Shown here in pieces: positions 32,820-43,080 of a DNA stretch of 57,433 bases; the first letter of the stretch is position 1, and every line of letters begins with the position of its first letter. The stretch covers positions 1 to 57,433 of IMG/VR virus record IMGVR_UViG_3300033145_001062; one strand, given 5' to 3'. Both the position numbers and the translations under genes were made by a program. The notes under the pieces are model-generated. The model was not told the DNA's origin. It did not search any database and worked only from the letters and a program-made list of their open reading frames with translations. The stretch comes from a virus. Its lineage: Duplodnaviria > Caudoviricetes.

Positions 32820-35006
32820 TTAAAACCTATTTATAACCCTGTGTATTTCATGTTTATTATTAAAATAATTATTTGACGATGATCGTCTAAAATAATTATA
32901 GTTTGAATCATGGATTGAATTCATATGAACTGCCTGAGCATTAAGACAACTTGCCACCTTCCATTTTGTTTTTTTCAATTCCAAAAAGAAATCTAAATGT
33001 TCCCATTCAACTTTGATTCTATTGTCCCACATGACATTATCAAAAACCGCTCTTTTAGCAAGAAAAAAATTAACAACTTGATCAGCATAAACATACATAG
33101 AGTCAATTGCCTTATATATTTTTTTTGCATTTGGGCGTCTAAAAAGCATTCCTCGGTCAATCTCAAATTGCACTCCCCTTTGATAGCTTTCGCTTGTTAG
33201 ATAATCGCCATTTTCTGAAAAAAGCATCCCAGAGCAAATACCTATATTTCTATTCATATCCAAAACACTTTTCATTTTAATAATAGATTCTGAATCCTGA
33301 AGTGCTATATCATCATCCATTATCAATATATAATCCTCTGTTGATTTTTTTATAATCTCATTTCTGCCAACTGATATTCCACTATTGAAGGGAAGTTTTA
33401 TTATCATATGACCATCATTTGTAAGCTGTTGATAGCGGTATTCCTTTTCAATGGAAATATCCCCATCATCAGCTATATAGAGCCTATAAGGAATTGATAA
33501 ATGTTCCTCTATCGAATCTATGGTTTTAAAAAGACTCTCCTCCCGCAAAAATGTTTTAATACCAACTGCTATTTTAGCATTATTTATTTTGGTTCTTTTT
33601 AAATTGCTTTTTACCGGCATAGTCACTATTTTGCCTTTTTTAAAAAAATCCTTATTAATGGCTTTGCAATCCTGCCAATATTTATAATTTCTATCAGGCG
33701 TTCTCCAATTGTCTCCATATCGTTCCCTAAGATATTGTTTTACAGGGAAAGGAACGAAACATCTTTTTCCACGAAAAAATATTTCCTGGAGATCCAAAAA
33801 AAGATTTTCTGAGAAAATAACCGGATAAAAAATCATATTTTTACCCCACCGCCCTTTATCATCGGGCCCAAAAACACCATGCCAGCGGAAATTGCCTTTG
33901 CGATAAAAGAAAAATAAATCAAGCTTTATGCCTTTTCTTTTAAAGCTTAGTTCAGTTTTCTTACCTTTATATTCCCATCCCTTATATAGGCTAAATCCGG
34001 CCTCCTGAAATTCTTTTTTAAAGGTTTCCCATAATCTAACATGTCGCCCATCCATGCCAATATCTATATCAGGGTCCCATCCGATAAAATTATTTTCCCT
34101 TATCGCACCTAAACATGTTCCTGCCTCCAGCCACCATTTGCACTTATGTTTATTAAGAATATTAATTGCAAGCTCTAAATTCTCATCTTTCATACTGTAA
34201 TCCGGAAACATAGAATCAAATGCAATAGGATTTTTTAAATTATAGGATGATACACTATATTTTATATTCCATTTTTTCCCAAACAATTTCCAGCCAGCAG
34301 GTCGCCCTCTATATTTTGTATAACCTGTTTTTATTACCATGTCTTTTTTATGATACATCCAAACATCCGGTGTATAAGCAACCTTCCAGGGTGTATCATA
34401 TTTTATGCGCAGGAAAAAATCTGAATGTTCAAATGCTGTTTTAAACTGATTATCCCATTTACAGCCTTCCCACACTATCCGCCTCATCATAAAAACATTC
34501 AGTATCAAATCACACAGGAAGTATTTAATTTTCCCGATTTTTTTCCACTCCGGATATTCAATTTTATTGATATAATGTGTATCATTTTCGATTTTTATAT
34601 TAGCTTCGTAATGCTGTTCTTTAACCTCATTAGTTTTTAATAGCCCGCCAACTATTCCGATTTTGTCTTTTTTATCCAGCACCTCTAACCACTTCTCAAG
34701 CTTAGTACCTTCGGTAAAAATAATATCATCTTCGCATACAACAATAGTTTTATATTTTTTTGGTATCAATTTAAGGCTTTCGTTTCTTACTCCACTCACC
34801 CCTAAATCAAATGGCAACTCAAATAGCTTGCATTTATGCTGCTGACAAAATTTCTTCTTTTGCTTATTCGGCTCTCCATTGTCGCCGATAAAAATGGCAA
34901 TTTCAGGGTAATATTTACGTATAGATTTAATACAGCGATAAAGGCACTCATCCCGCAGAAATGTTGTAACCATAATTGCAGTACTTTTAAAGCGATTTTC
35001 ATTCAT
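32820..35006 (-). CDS. GT2-LicD-GT2 fusion protein
   Basis: Two TFLR...D..LPF..G.S..RN...DD domains flank a GTCLGAIR..FI.WD.DIDIG LicD domain. Confidence 0.85.
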   Translation of the reverse strand: MNENRFKSTAIMVTTFLRDECLYRCIKSIRKYYPEIAIFIGDNGEPNKQKKKFCQQHKCKLFELPFDLGVSGVRNESLKLIPKKYKTIVVCEDDIIFTEGTKLEKWLEVLDKKDKIGIVGGLLKTNEVKEQHYEANIKIENDTHYINKIEYPEWKKIGKIKYFLCDLILNVFMMRRIVWEGCKWDNQFKTAFEHSDFFLRIKYDTPWKVAYTPDVWMYHKKDMVIKTGYTKYRGRPAGWKLFGKKWNIKYSVSSYNLKNPIAFDSMFPDYSMKDENLELAINILNKHKCKWWLEAGTCLGAIRENNFIGWDPDIDIGMDGRHVRLWETFKKEFQEAGFSLYKGWEYKGKKTELSFKRKGIKLDLFFFYRKGNFRWHGVFGPDDKGRWGKNMIFYPVIFSENLFLDLQEIFFRGKRCFVPFPVKQYLRERYGDNWRTPDRNYKYWQDCKAINKDFFKKGKIVTMPVKSNLKRTKINNAKIAVGIKTFLREESLFKTIDSIEEHLSIPYRLYIADDGDISIEKEYRYQQLTNDGHMIIKLPFNSGISVGRNEIIKKSTEDYILIMDDDIALQDSESIIKMKSVLDMNRNIGICSGMLFSENGDYLTSESYQRGVQFEIDRGMLFRRPNAKKIYKAIDSMYVYADQVVNFFLAKRAVFDNVMWDNRIKVEWEHLDFFLELKKTKWKVASCLNAQAVHMNSIHDSNYNYFRRSSSNNYFNNKHEIHRVINRF

Positions 35007-36570
35007 TATTTAATATCTCCTTAACTAAGGGATGAGAGAATACAATTTCTTTTCTCTTAAAATGTTCCTGGCTTGTAAGATTATCAACTTTTTCCTTTTT
35101 CCATATTCTCGAGGAATACCAGTTATGATAAATCGTCGCCTTATCATTAATATAATACTCATCTCCCCACGCCCCATCATAGAATTTCTTTTTATTCGGT
35201 TCATATCCGGCAGGGATTCTCAAAACCTTATAACCTAAATTAATTACATCATAATAATTCTTGCGCCCTACATCATAACCATTCATGGGGGCAAAGCTCA
35301 GTTTGTTATCAATAAAGAATTTTGTTTCAAAGAATTGAAAACAGGCGTGGATTGGCTTTGTTCTCGGATTGCCTGTTACCCATTTTTTTGCTGCTTCCTC
35401 ATTATATAATTTTCCTTCAGGATCGCCGCCTTTAGCTGCTATAAGTTTTATTTTAGGATCAGAGTAAAATAGCTCTTTAAAATCATAGTCCCATTTACTA
35501 CGTTGAAGGTGTGCATCGATATCCAAAACCAGGCAAAAATATTCACTTGCTGTTCTAATAGCTAAATCTAATCCCCTTCCATGTCCTATATTTTTCCCTA
35601 AAAAAATGGTATTAACATCTTTTTGAGTTTCCAGCCATTCCTTAGAGCCATCTTCGGAAGCATTATCTATAATAATGATTTCATAGGGAAGGGCGGTAAA
35701 TTTTCTTACAGAATTTACCAATAGCTTCACCCAATCTAAACAGTTATAATTTACAGAAAGAATAGATACATTTATATCATTTACCACCCTTAATGTTTTG
35801 AGATTTTTCTTAATTGCTTTCCATCGTGGCGCAATCATGGGATGTTCAGGCCGGAAGTGATTGCGAGTTATGCCTCCATAATGTTTAACCCTTATATCCC
35901 AAAAATTCAAAGGCATTGGATGTATTTTATATTTGTTATTCGTCTCAAAAAGCACTTTTTCGGTGAACCTCCATGCTGTATCTCTGCTAACATTATCCTT
36001 TTTGACCTCTCTTTGACCTGGCGTTGTTATCACCAACCCAAGCTGAGAATAACCAGCTTTGTCGAATATATGCTTATATTTATAATCCTTATAGCTAATT
36101 CCGTTTTGCTGCCAATCATCTTCACCTTCAAATTCCCTGTAAAGATTGACATTGAGAAGCATAACGCAAGGCCAGTATACGGGGGCTATACAATGACCAT
36201 CTGCTGCAATTCCACCCCATCTAAATCTTGCAACGCCCAAATCATTAGCATTCCTAACCTTATTGGCCAGGAGTGAAAGCCAATCTCCCTGAATAATTTC
36301 ACAGTCACTATCCAAAAGACAGGCAAATTTTGTATCGCATTTTTTCAAAAGTGCTGACAAGGCTTGTCCATGTCCCAACTTGCGTTTGCTTTCTAAAAGC
36401 TTTATATCATTGCAATTTCTCAGGTATTCTTTATCTGCTGAGTCTTCAGGTGAAGAGTCCATGACAACAATTTTATAATCAATCCCTCTTGTTCGTTCAA
36501 TAATGCTCTCAATGCAGAGTTCTATAGCTTCATGTCCCTGATAGTTTGCAATCAAAATGGATATTGTCAA
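34999..36570 (-). CDS. Tandem two-domain GT2 glycosyltransferase
   Basis: Two ISIL..NY...D.S...GHG..L...LD.D domains; TTG start with GGAGG SD. Confidence 0.85.
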   Translation of the reverse strand: MTISILIANYQGHEAIELCIESIIERTRGIDYKIVVMDSSPEDSADKEYLRNCNDIKLLESKRKLGHGQALSALLKKCDTKFACLLDSDCEIIQGDWLSLLANKVRNANDLGVARFRWGGIAADGHCIAPVYWPCVMLLNVNLYREFEGEDDWQQNGISYKDYKYKHIFDKAGYSQLGLVITTPGQREVKKDNVSRDTAWRFTEKVLFETNNKYKIHPMPLNFWDIRVKHYGGITRNHFRPEHPMIAPRWKAIKKNLKTLRVVNDINVSILSVNYNCLDWVKLLVNSVRKFTALPYEIIIIDNASEDGSKEWLETQKDVNTIFLGKNIGHGRGLDLAIRTASEYFCLVLDIDAHLQRSKWDYDFKELFYSDPKIKLIAAKGGDPEGKLYNEEAAKKWVTGNPRTKPIHACFQFFETKFFIDNKLSFAPMNGYDVGRKNYYDVINLGYKVLRIPAGYEPNKKKFYDGAWGDEYYINDKATIYHNWYSSRIWKKEKVDNLTSQEHFKRKEIVFSHPLVKEILNNE

Positions 36571-37047
36571 TTATCCCTCCCACACTTTCCTGAGTTTTTT
36601 TGTCCTCCAGTCGCCATACCTTATCTTGAGATATTTTTCAACAGGATGGGGAACATTGTAATCTCTATTTTTATAATTCACTTTGTCAAAAGATTGGAGA
36701 AAAATTCGATCAGAAAATTCAAAATAAATGTCAAGCAATATACCATATTTAAGGAAATGCCTATTCTTGCCATATGTCCGCCTATTTATGAATCCATTTT
36801 TAATCAATTCTGCTGTAAGTTCCTCAAGTCCCCCTAATATTCCCACATCAATATCATTATCGCCGATTATATATCCACCATCCCTTACAAAGCCAAGACA
36901 ACTCCCATAAAGCAAAAATGTTTTAATTTTTAATCTCTCTGCTATATCCCAGTATTCATTTAACAATTTATCTGCAATATCTGGTATTTTACATGGGTCG
37001 ATATTCCCATATGGATGCCATCTCATTTTATACTCCAGTTGCTCCAA
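36571..37047 (-). CDS. LicD-family phosphotransferase
   Basis: YGSCLGFVRDG..I.GDNDIDVG...P...YL..RYGDW. Confidence 0.85.
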   Translation of the reverse strand: MEQLEYKMRWHPYGNIDPCKIPDIADKLLNEYWDIAERLKIKTFLLYGSCLGFVRDGGYIIGDNDIDVGILGGLEELTAELIKNGFINRRTYGKNRHFLKYGILLDIYFEFSDRIFLQSFDKVNYKNRDYNVPHPVEKYLKIRYGDWRTKKLRKVWEG

Positions 37048-37742
37048 TGTGTAATTTTTCGTGAAGCATGTTTCATGTAATATTTCTGATCTTCTGTCAG
37101 ATTTTCAGGATCAAGATACCAGTCTAAATGCCTTGCTGAATATGGAGCTAGAACCCTAGCTCCCCGCATCGGCCTTACCCATCGCTTTCCTGCCCTAATC
37201 ATCCCGAAAGTAGTATCAATAGGAGCAAACACGTATTTTATAATCTTATCTTCATACAGAATTGTATTTATCTTTCTTGAATGAAAATCTTTATGCCAAC
37301 CGCCGGAAAGCAACTTTTCTTTTTTCGGGTAACAATCTGGAATATCATCTATCCTCAACATCGGGCCAACTACGCTGATTTGCTTTATATTTTCCAGAAG
37401 ATAACTATAAACATCCAAAATATTACCCTCAATATTATCTAAAGCTATATCAGGGTCAGTCACTACATAATTGCTTTTAGGATGACTTTCGAAATAATTT
37501 TGAATAATCCCATCAATGCTATTGAGTTCAGCCTTTAAGCTGATTCTGTCTTGCCAGTATATTTTCATATTTTCATTTTCTAATTTTTTCAGAAAATCAA
37601 TCATGGGGCCGAAACTTGAACCAAAATCAATGATGACAACTTCAAAGGGTGTTTTGATATAATCATAGTAAGATTGCATTGACTTTTTCAGCGCCTCTAA
37701 TCTGTCACAAGTTATTATAAATATTGGTATCATCTTAATCAA
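37023..37742 (-). CDS. GT2-like glycosyltransferase
   Basis: IIDFGS, YVVTDPDI, APIDTTF, ARHL.WY. Confidence 0.75.
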   Translation of the reverse strand: MIKMIPIFIITCDRLEALKKSMQSYYDYIKTPFEVVIIDFGSSFGPMIDFLKKLENENMKIYWQDRISLKAELNSIDGIIQNYFESHPKSNYVVTDPDIALDNIEGNILDVYSYLLENIKQISVVGPMLRIDDIPDCYPKKEKLLSGGWHKDFHSRKINTILYEDKIIKYVFAPIDTTFGMIRAGKRWVRPMRGARVLAPYSARHLDWYLDPENLTEDQKYYMKHASRKITHWSNWSIK

Positions 37743-38754
37743 CGCTTCCTTCTAATGAGTTTGCTGGATTCAAATCAAAGAGACCGCCACGTTTATTTAT
37801 TACATTTTTATATTCACTTGGAATTTCTTTGATAGCTCTTAATCCTTCAAAATCAAATGCTTTTCCGTAAGTTCTATTCCATCCACCGCAATGTTCTTTC
37901 AACAAGCAGGAATTACAAGGCTCTCCCTTAATTCCAACCTTTTTACTTGATCTGCTTGAAAATTCCCACACCCGCTCTATGTCTTCTGAGTAATGTCTAT
38001 ATTCCCATTCCCAGGGATCAAATAAAACATATCGTGCATTTGTAACATATTTCCAAAAATGGGGCTTTAATAGGCACATAGGGAAATATCTAAGAGTAAA
38101 AATTATTTTATTTTCTTCCATATACGCCATCGCCTCTTCTAAAACATCAACCAATTCAACGGGGTTAACCGCCACTTTTCTCAAATATAACCTCCAATGA
38201 TAATGAGGAAGAAAATTCAAAAGAGAAATATGAAATGCCCCAAGTTGAGCAGCCTTTTTGACGATATCGAAAATTTCATATTGATTCAATTGCTGAAGTG
38301 TTATATTAATTCTAAATGGGTAATTGTTTCTATTTAACCATTTTAAAAGTTCCATTTGTTTCTGTCCTGCTCTTTTTCTCTCTGCAATTTTATCTAATGT
38401 TTTCCCTAATCCGTGCATAGAAACCTGAAGATGATCCAATCCCAAATCATATAATCGCTGATATTTTTCAATACTTATACTACCATTAGTTATTATCAGA
38501 GATTTCATCCCTATTCTTGAAATATAACTAATAATCTCATCAATTTGATCATGTAACATCGGCTCGCCTTTTCCGCAAAGAACCACAGAATCACAACCAC
38601 GGCTTTTGCCGGCATCTATTTCCCTTTTAAGCTGATCTAAAGGAGTATCCTTATTTGTATGTAATTCTTCAAATCTTCTGAAAAAGCAATGTTTACAGTT
38701 CCAGTTACATTTCCATGTAACATTTTCCAGACCAACTACTTTACAAGGTTTCAT
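37735..38754 (-). CDS. Radical SAM enzyme with C-terminal Cys cluster
   Basis: CNWNCKHC, GEP, TNG, VSMHG, and C-terminal CNSC....CGG. Confidence 0.9.
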   Translation of the reverse strand: MKPCKVVGLENVTWKCNWNCKHCFFRRFEELHTNKDTPLDQLKREIDAGKSRGCDSVVLCGKGEPMLHDQIDEIISYISRIGMKSLIITNGSISIEKYQRLYDLGLDHLQVSMHGLGKTLDKIAERKRAGQKQMELLKWLNRNNYPFRINITLQQLNQYEIFDIVKKAAQLGAFHISLLNFLPHYHWRLYLRKVAVNPVELVDVLEEAMAYMEENKIIFTLRYFPMCLLKPHFWKYVTNARYVLFDPWEWEYRHYSEDIERVWEFSSRSSKKVGIKGEPCNSCLLKEHCGGWNRTYGKAFDFEGLRAIKEIPSEYKNVINKRGGLFDLNPANSLEGSVD

Positions 38755-39269
38755 ATTTTCCTAAAAATTATTAAATATCTTTCTCTTCCAATCTCTTGAT
38801 ATTTAGGTTTTATGTTTTTATTCACAAAATCTGTAACATCTTTTTTATAACCATAATCATGAAAGGCTATAATTCCACCTTTTCTAACAAAGCCAATCCA
38901 TTCCATATCCTTATTCAATGCCTTTTCTGTATGTTTGCTGTCTATAAATAGCCCATCTATTATCATGCTCCAAGATCCTAAGACATCTTCACTTTTTTTC
39001 TTGTGCCAAATGATATTTTTGCCTTTGATCCTTGATTTAAAGATCTTCTCTACTCCATTCATGATCACTTTATCATTAGGATCATATCCATTTATGAACG
39101 GGTCTATAGCAATGACTATATTATTTTCAGCAAGTGCGCATGTTGTTTTTCCTACGTAACTACCTATCTCAACAATTATCTTGTTGCTTTCTATGACCTT
39201 TTTAAGCAGATCAACTTCCTTGTCTGTCATTGAAATTCTTTTATAAGCCGTCTCTAAATTCATTGCCAT
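38751..39269 (-). CDS. Class I SAM-dependent methyltransferase (Methyltransf_24-like)
   Basis: VEIGSYVG.T, IDPF, LFIDS.H, GGIIAFHDY. Confidence 0.88.
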   Translation of the reverse strand: MAMNLETAYKRISMTDKEVDLLKKVIESNKIIVEIGSYVGKTTCALAENNIVIAIDPFINGYDPNDKVIMNGVEKIFKSRIKGKNIIWHKKKSEDVLGSWSMIIDGLFIDSKHTEKALNKDMEWIGFVRKGGIIAFHDYGYKKDVTDFVNKNIKPKYQEIGRERYLIIFRKI

Positions 39270-39823
39270 TTGCTCCTGAAATAATCTCTATTTTGAGTAT
39301 TAAAAGGGTTTTTATGTTCATTCCTATGTACTATTTTCACTTTATTCGCAACAAAGAATTTCCCTCCCAGTTGTTTACAGAAATCAGTATCCTCAAAACC
39401 ACTTCCTTTATAGTTCTCGTCAAATCTCAATTTGGTATTTCTGAAAGCACAGCAAGCTGTAATCATAGTTCTGACTTCAATAAAATCCTTCGATATATCT
39501 AAATTTCCATAATTTGTTTTATGCAGTGTACCATCAGGATTTAACAATCTTGCTCCAACCATGCTTGCTTTTGTTTTTTTCAATGCATTAATTAAATCCT
39601 TATCCCATCCGCAAGGGAAACCCTCTACATCATCATCACACATAATTATAAATTCGCCCCGTGCTTTATCTAATCCAATATTTCTATTTTTTGCCGCAGA
39701 CTTATTAGCATTTGATACTATAATCAAATCCAATTCATATACCACGGAGTTTTTGATTTCAGAAATTAAATCTGCTATTTCCTTTTCTGTTTTTATTGTA
39801 GGAATTATTATACTTACCTTCAT
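39260..39823 (-). CDS. GT2 glycosyltransferase
   Basis: VSIIIPT, RNIG..ARGEFI..CDDD, FDE.Y...FEDTDFC. Confidence 0.9.
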   Translation of the reverse strand: MKVSIIIPTIKTEKEIADLISEIKNSVVYELDLIIVSNANKSAAKNRNIGLDKARGEFIIMCDDDVEGFPCGWDKDLINALKKTKASMVGARLLNPDGTLHKTNYGNLDISKDFIEVRTMITACCAFRNTKLRFDENYKGSGFEDTDFCKQLGGKFFVANKVKIVHRNEHKNPFNTQNRDYFRSKWQ

Positions 39824-40248
39824 TTCAGCCTCACATCCTTTTTCATAATTATCCCAATAGCCTTAATCGTCTCACCTTCGTGCATAAAATAAGCAGGGAA
39901 AAGATACGGTTGAGCTGCCATTTTTTTCGTTCCGTGTTCTTGCCAGTAGCCGTACTTGACATTAGTTCCAACGACATAAACTAAATCTTTTGGCCCTTCA
40001 GGTTTTTTTATCCCATCGCCTGGCTTTGCCTTTTTCCCTGTTTTCCCTTCGCTCATAGGACTGTCAGCCCAATTAGTTGAGATTGAGGCCCGGAGACGAC
40101 CCGTATCAACAGGACACCCCTCTTTAGCAGCCAACTCAATCTTAAAAGCCTGTTTTTTCAGCCTGTCCTTAATAGCTTGAGTTTTGATAATCTGATATTT
40201 TTTCAAATTAGCAACGACCTCTGGAATTCCTTTTACATATGTAGGCAT
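39820..40248 (-). CDS. HK97 gp10-family neck/tail protein
   Basis: PVDTGRLRASI...VGTNVKY...EHGT.KM.AQPYL.PA. Confidence 0.92.
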   Translation of the reverse strand: MPTYVKGIPEVVANLKKYQIIKTQAIKDRLKKQAFKIELAAKEGCPVDTGRLRASISTNWADSPMSEGKTGKKAKPGDGIKKPEGPKDLVYVVGTNVKYGYWQEHGTKKMAAQPYLFPAYFMHEGETIKAIGIIMKKDVRLK

Positions 40249-40589
40249 TATATTTCCCTCCCTACCTCTACACAGGCAAGTTTCATAAATCGCCCTTTCT
40301 CCCTCCAGGGCAGTACAAGCTTAATGTCATACACTCGGCTTCCCCAGTAAATACGCTGCGATTCTTCAACTCCTGATAAATATTCCATGTACCAGAAAAC
40401 CTCAGCAAAAACATCTACTTTGTTATATTTAAATATCTCCTTACCTTTAGGGATAAGCACTAAAGCCCCCTTAACCCTTTTATATGTAGTCGTCCAGGTT
40501 GAAGGCAAATAACCACCCGCACCATCTGGAGCACCTTTAGTAAAATCCTTTATCTTCACTGTCTTATCCAAGTGACCTGCAAAGCTCAT
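40248..40589 (-). CDS. Head closure / head-tail adaptor
   Basis: DGAGG...W, RI.W..R.YDI motifs; position. Confidence 0.8.
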   Translation of the reverse strand: MSFAGHLDKTVKIKDFTKGAPDGAGGYLPSTWTTTYKRVKGALVLIPKGKEIFKYNKVDVFAEVFWYMEYLSGVEESQRIYWGSRVYDIKLVLPWREKGRFMKLACVEVGREI

Positions 40590-40960
40590 CTCCTACTCCT
40601 AATCATTGACGTGGGGTTCACGCCATATGTCCCATCAACAGAAGGTTGCATCGGGCCTAGCTCACGTATTAGCCGCACTTTCCTTCTTATCCTTCGTCTA
40701 ATATTTATATCCTTATAATATATTTCAACTGATATATCACTTGTTACATCGCTTATTTTCTCTATTTTTAGTATTTTTGCACTTATAAATTTATGCCTAA
40801 ATTGATTAAATAATTTTTTCTCCATATCTGGATACATAGCGCTCCATGAAATCTGACAATACCTGGCCATCATCTTCCAGTTCCGCTTCTCCCAAGCCTC
40901 AAGGAATTTAGCCATAGTCCATTCAGGGCTTTTTTTAGGATAGTCAGTTGACTTAATCAT
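40586..40960 (-). CDS. Hypothetical protein
   Basis: ORF track. Confidence 0.6.
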   Translation of the reverse strand: MIKSTDYPKKSPEWTMAKFLEAWEKRNWKMMARYCQISWSAMYPDMEKKLFNQFRHKFISAKILKIEKISDVTSDISVEIYYKDINIRRRIRRKVRLIRELGPMQPSVDGTYGVNPTSMIRSRR

Positions 40961-41092
40961 TTTATTATTCCGATTTTAGATTCTCGTTTGCTTTTCTGCA
41001 CACGCCGTCTAATTATTTGCAATCTAAAGAAATGAATGATCGTGACCAAAAGCACAGCAATACCAACCCATACTATGTAAATTTCTTTCATC

Positions 41093-42247
41093 CTAAAAAC
41101 TCCTCTTTTTAAATAAATCTAGCCCGTTTTGAATCTCTATTGGCATTATGGCTCTGGCCTTTTCAAAATCCGATATGGAGATTTTCTCATACTCATAATC
41201 TGCGCCTTCACCAAACACCTCGCTTTTCAATTCCTCATCACCCGCTCGCTTTGATTTGCCATAAACATAGCATACCAGGTGTATGCAAAATTGCTCTAAT
41301 ACATAAGGAATTGTAATGTAGCCGGCTGTAAAGTCAATAAAATATTCCTGGCCTGCGCTGAAACCGCCGGCTTTATACAAAATCCCCTCATTCCTAGCCT
41401 CGGAGGGATTCAACAGCTTATAATCCGTTATGTCATCATCTACAGTCTCGCAATAAGCCTGCTTTGTAGCATTTACAAACATTGACGGTCTAATCAGGAG
41501 TTCAGAAGCATTTCTGGTAGCCGTATCCGTAGCCATTGTAGTTATTGACCAGCCTTTCGCTAAAGCATTTATAGCAGTTATTAGGTCATCTATTTTGTCA
41601 TAATCAGTAAGGGTAAGCTCCGTATCATCAGCATTTGTCCCACCATCTACGATGAGTCTGATTTTAGTCGACGTTATCTCGACTGTACAAAAATTAGCAT
41701 CTGTGGATGTATTTTTAATTGAGAACGAATTAGCCCGCCCCACAGACAGCCTTGTTACTCTTGTTACTGGATACTGCTCAAGTAGTAATTTGCTGAATCC
41801 TGCGCCATAATATATTTCTCTTGTGTAATTAGTTGTCTTGAGGATCCGGTTGCAATAACGATTAATCATGTCGGAGGCTCGGTCTATTAGTCTCTCGATG
41901 AGATATCTATCCTGTATCGTAAACACCTGCTCATTTTCATCACCCAGCGTATTTAAAGCACCCGTTACAAGTAAATCATCCGACTCAGCAGAACCATGAT
42001 AAATAAGCCCAGCCTTCCAATCGGTAGTATCGTTTATTTCATCTACAAGTTTGGTCAGCGTATCATAGGTTGCAAAAAGAATATCGCCTCCAGGAGTTAA
42101 GGTTAATCTGTCGTCTTTCACCTCTAATGTTGAAGGGTCTACAGCTCCGGCATAATATACCCAGAGTGCATCACGTTTAGCGTCTTCTCCTAAAAAAGCT
42201 AAAACTTCAGAAATACTGGTTAAGCTTATTGTGCTGTCAAGTGCCAT
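41093..42247 (-). CDS. Head-tail connector (gp6-like) with large insertions
   Basis: LTSISEVLAFL; LI.RAS..I..YCNR; L.QYPV; FTAGY..IP..L. Confidence 0.7.
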   Translation of the reverse strand: MALDSTISLTSISEVLAFLGEDAKRDALWVYYAGAVDPSTLEVKDDRLTLTPGGDILFATYDTLTKLVDEINDTTDWKAGLIYHGSAESDDLLVTGALNTLGDENEQVFTIQDRYLIERLIDRASDMINRYCNRILKTTNYTREIYYGAGFSKLLLEQYPVTRVTRLSVGRANSFSIKNTSTDANFCTVEITSTKIRLIVDGGTNADDTELTLTDYDKIDDLITAINALAKGWSITTMATDTATRNASELLIRPSMFVNATKQAYCETVDDDITDYKLLNPSEARNEGILYKAGGFSAGQEYFIDFTAGYITIPYVLEQFCIHLVCYVYGKSKRAGDEELKSEVFGEGADYEYEKISISDFEKARAIMPIEIQNGLDLFKKRSF

Positions 42248-42263
42248 TTATCTCTCCTATAAT

Positions 42264-42899
42264 TTATTCTAAATCAGTATGCTCATGCCATTTCATTCTG
42301 AAACTTCCTTCATTATTATCCAGATAGGACGTTGCTCTGGCTAAATATTTTGTGTTCTTTTTTAAGACAAATCCTAAACTTTTCCCGTCGCCCCCTGCCT
42401 TTCCTGTAGCCTCAGTTGCTATTAGTGCCGCAGCGGTAGCAGCTGTAATAGTAGGGCCGGTTGTAATAGTGAGCGTAGATGTAATATCTGAATTTCTATT
42501 CCTATTTATCGGGGTTATAGCACTGCCTCCTGATACATTGAATTCCGCTGCATTTCCTGTATCCTCAAAAAGCTCCCAGTATGCCGGTAGATTCGCCTCT
42601 CCATAGAGAGCTATATGTGAATGTTTTGTTGTATTTGGAGTTATGATATAAAATGATAAAGGCGATAATATATCAAAAGCATCAACCGCACTTCTCTGAC
42701 TCACAACAAAAGCATGTCCTGCATGAACCTCATAATCCATAAAATCTATTACCTGAAGAGAAAAAGTTGCAGGGTCTATTCTTAAATTCTGATAGGTTGT
42801 ACCAGTATATCCCTGTATCCGTACCACTGCATCAACAACATTATAACTATAATCGTCAATATCTGAATCATATTCCCATTTTACTCTATAATCTGACAT
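42264..42899 (-). CDS. Putative virion structural protein
   Basis: Beta-rich ORF in the head-neck module. Confidence 0.55.
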   Translation of the reverse strand: MSDYRVKWEYDSDIDDYSYNVVDAVVRIQGYTGTTYQNLRIDPATFSLQVIDFMDYEVHAGHAFVVSQRSAVDAFDILSPLSFYIITPNTTKHSHIALYGEANLPAYWELFEDTGNAAEFNVSGGSAITPINRNRNSDITSTLTITTGPTITAATAAALIATEATGKAGGDGKSLGFVLKKNTKYLARATSYLDNNEGSFRMKWHEHTDLE

Positions 42900-42900
42900 T

Positions 42901-43080
42901 TTATTTCTCCTTCTCTGCTACCTCTATCATTTTATTCTTAGGAGGCCTGCTTAAAGCCTTTGCATAACCGGCCTCAATGACCACTGCTGCAAACTGCGGC
43001 CTAGACGACCTCTTAAATCTATCGCCCTTCTTCCAGCAGCTAGTCCAATCCTTAGTAAATACGATTACATCATCATTCAT
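42901..43080 (-). CDS. 59-aa head-module protein
   Basis: Hand translation ..KKGD....A..IEAGYA...PPKNKM..; ATGA-coupled. Confidence 0.6.
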   Translation of the reverse strand: MNDDVIVFTKDWTSCWKKGDRFKRSSRPQFAAVVIEAGYAKALSRPPKNKMIEVAEKEK

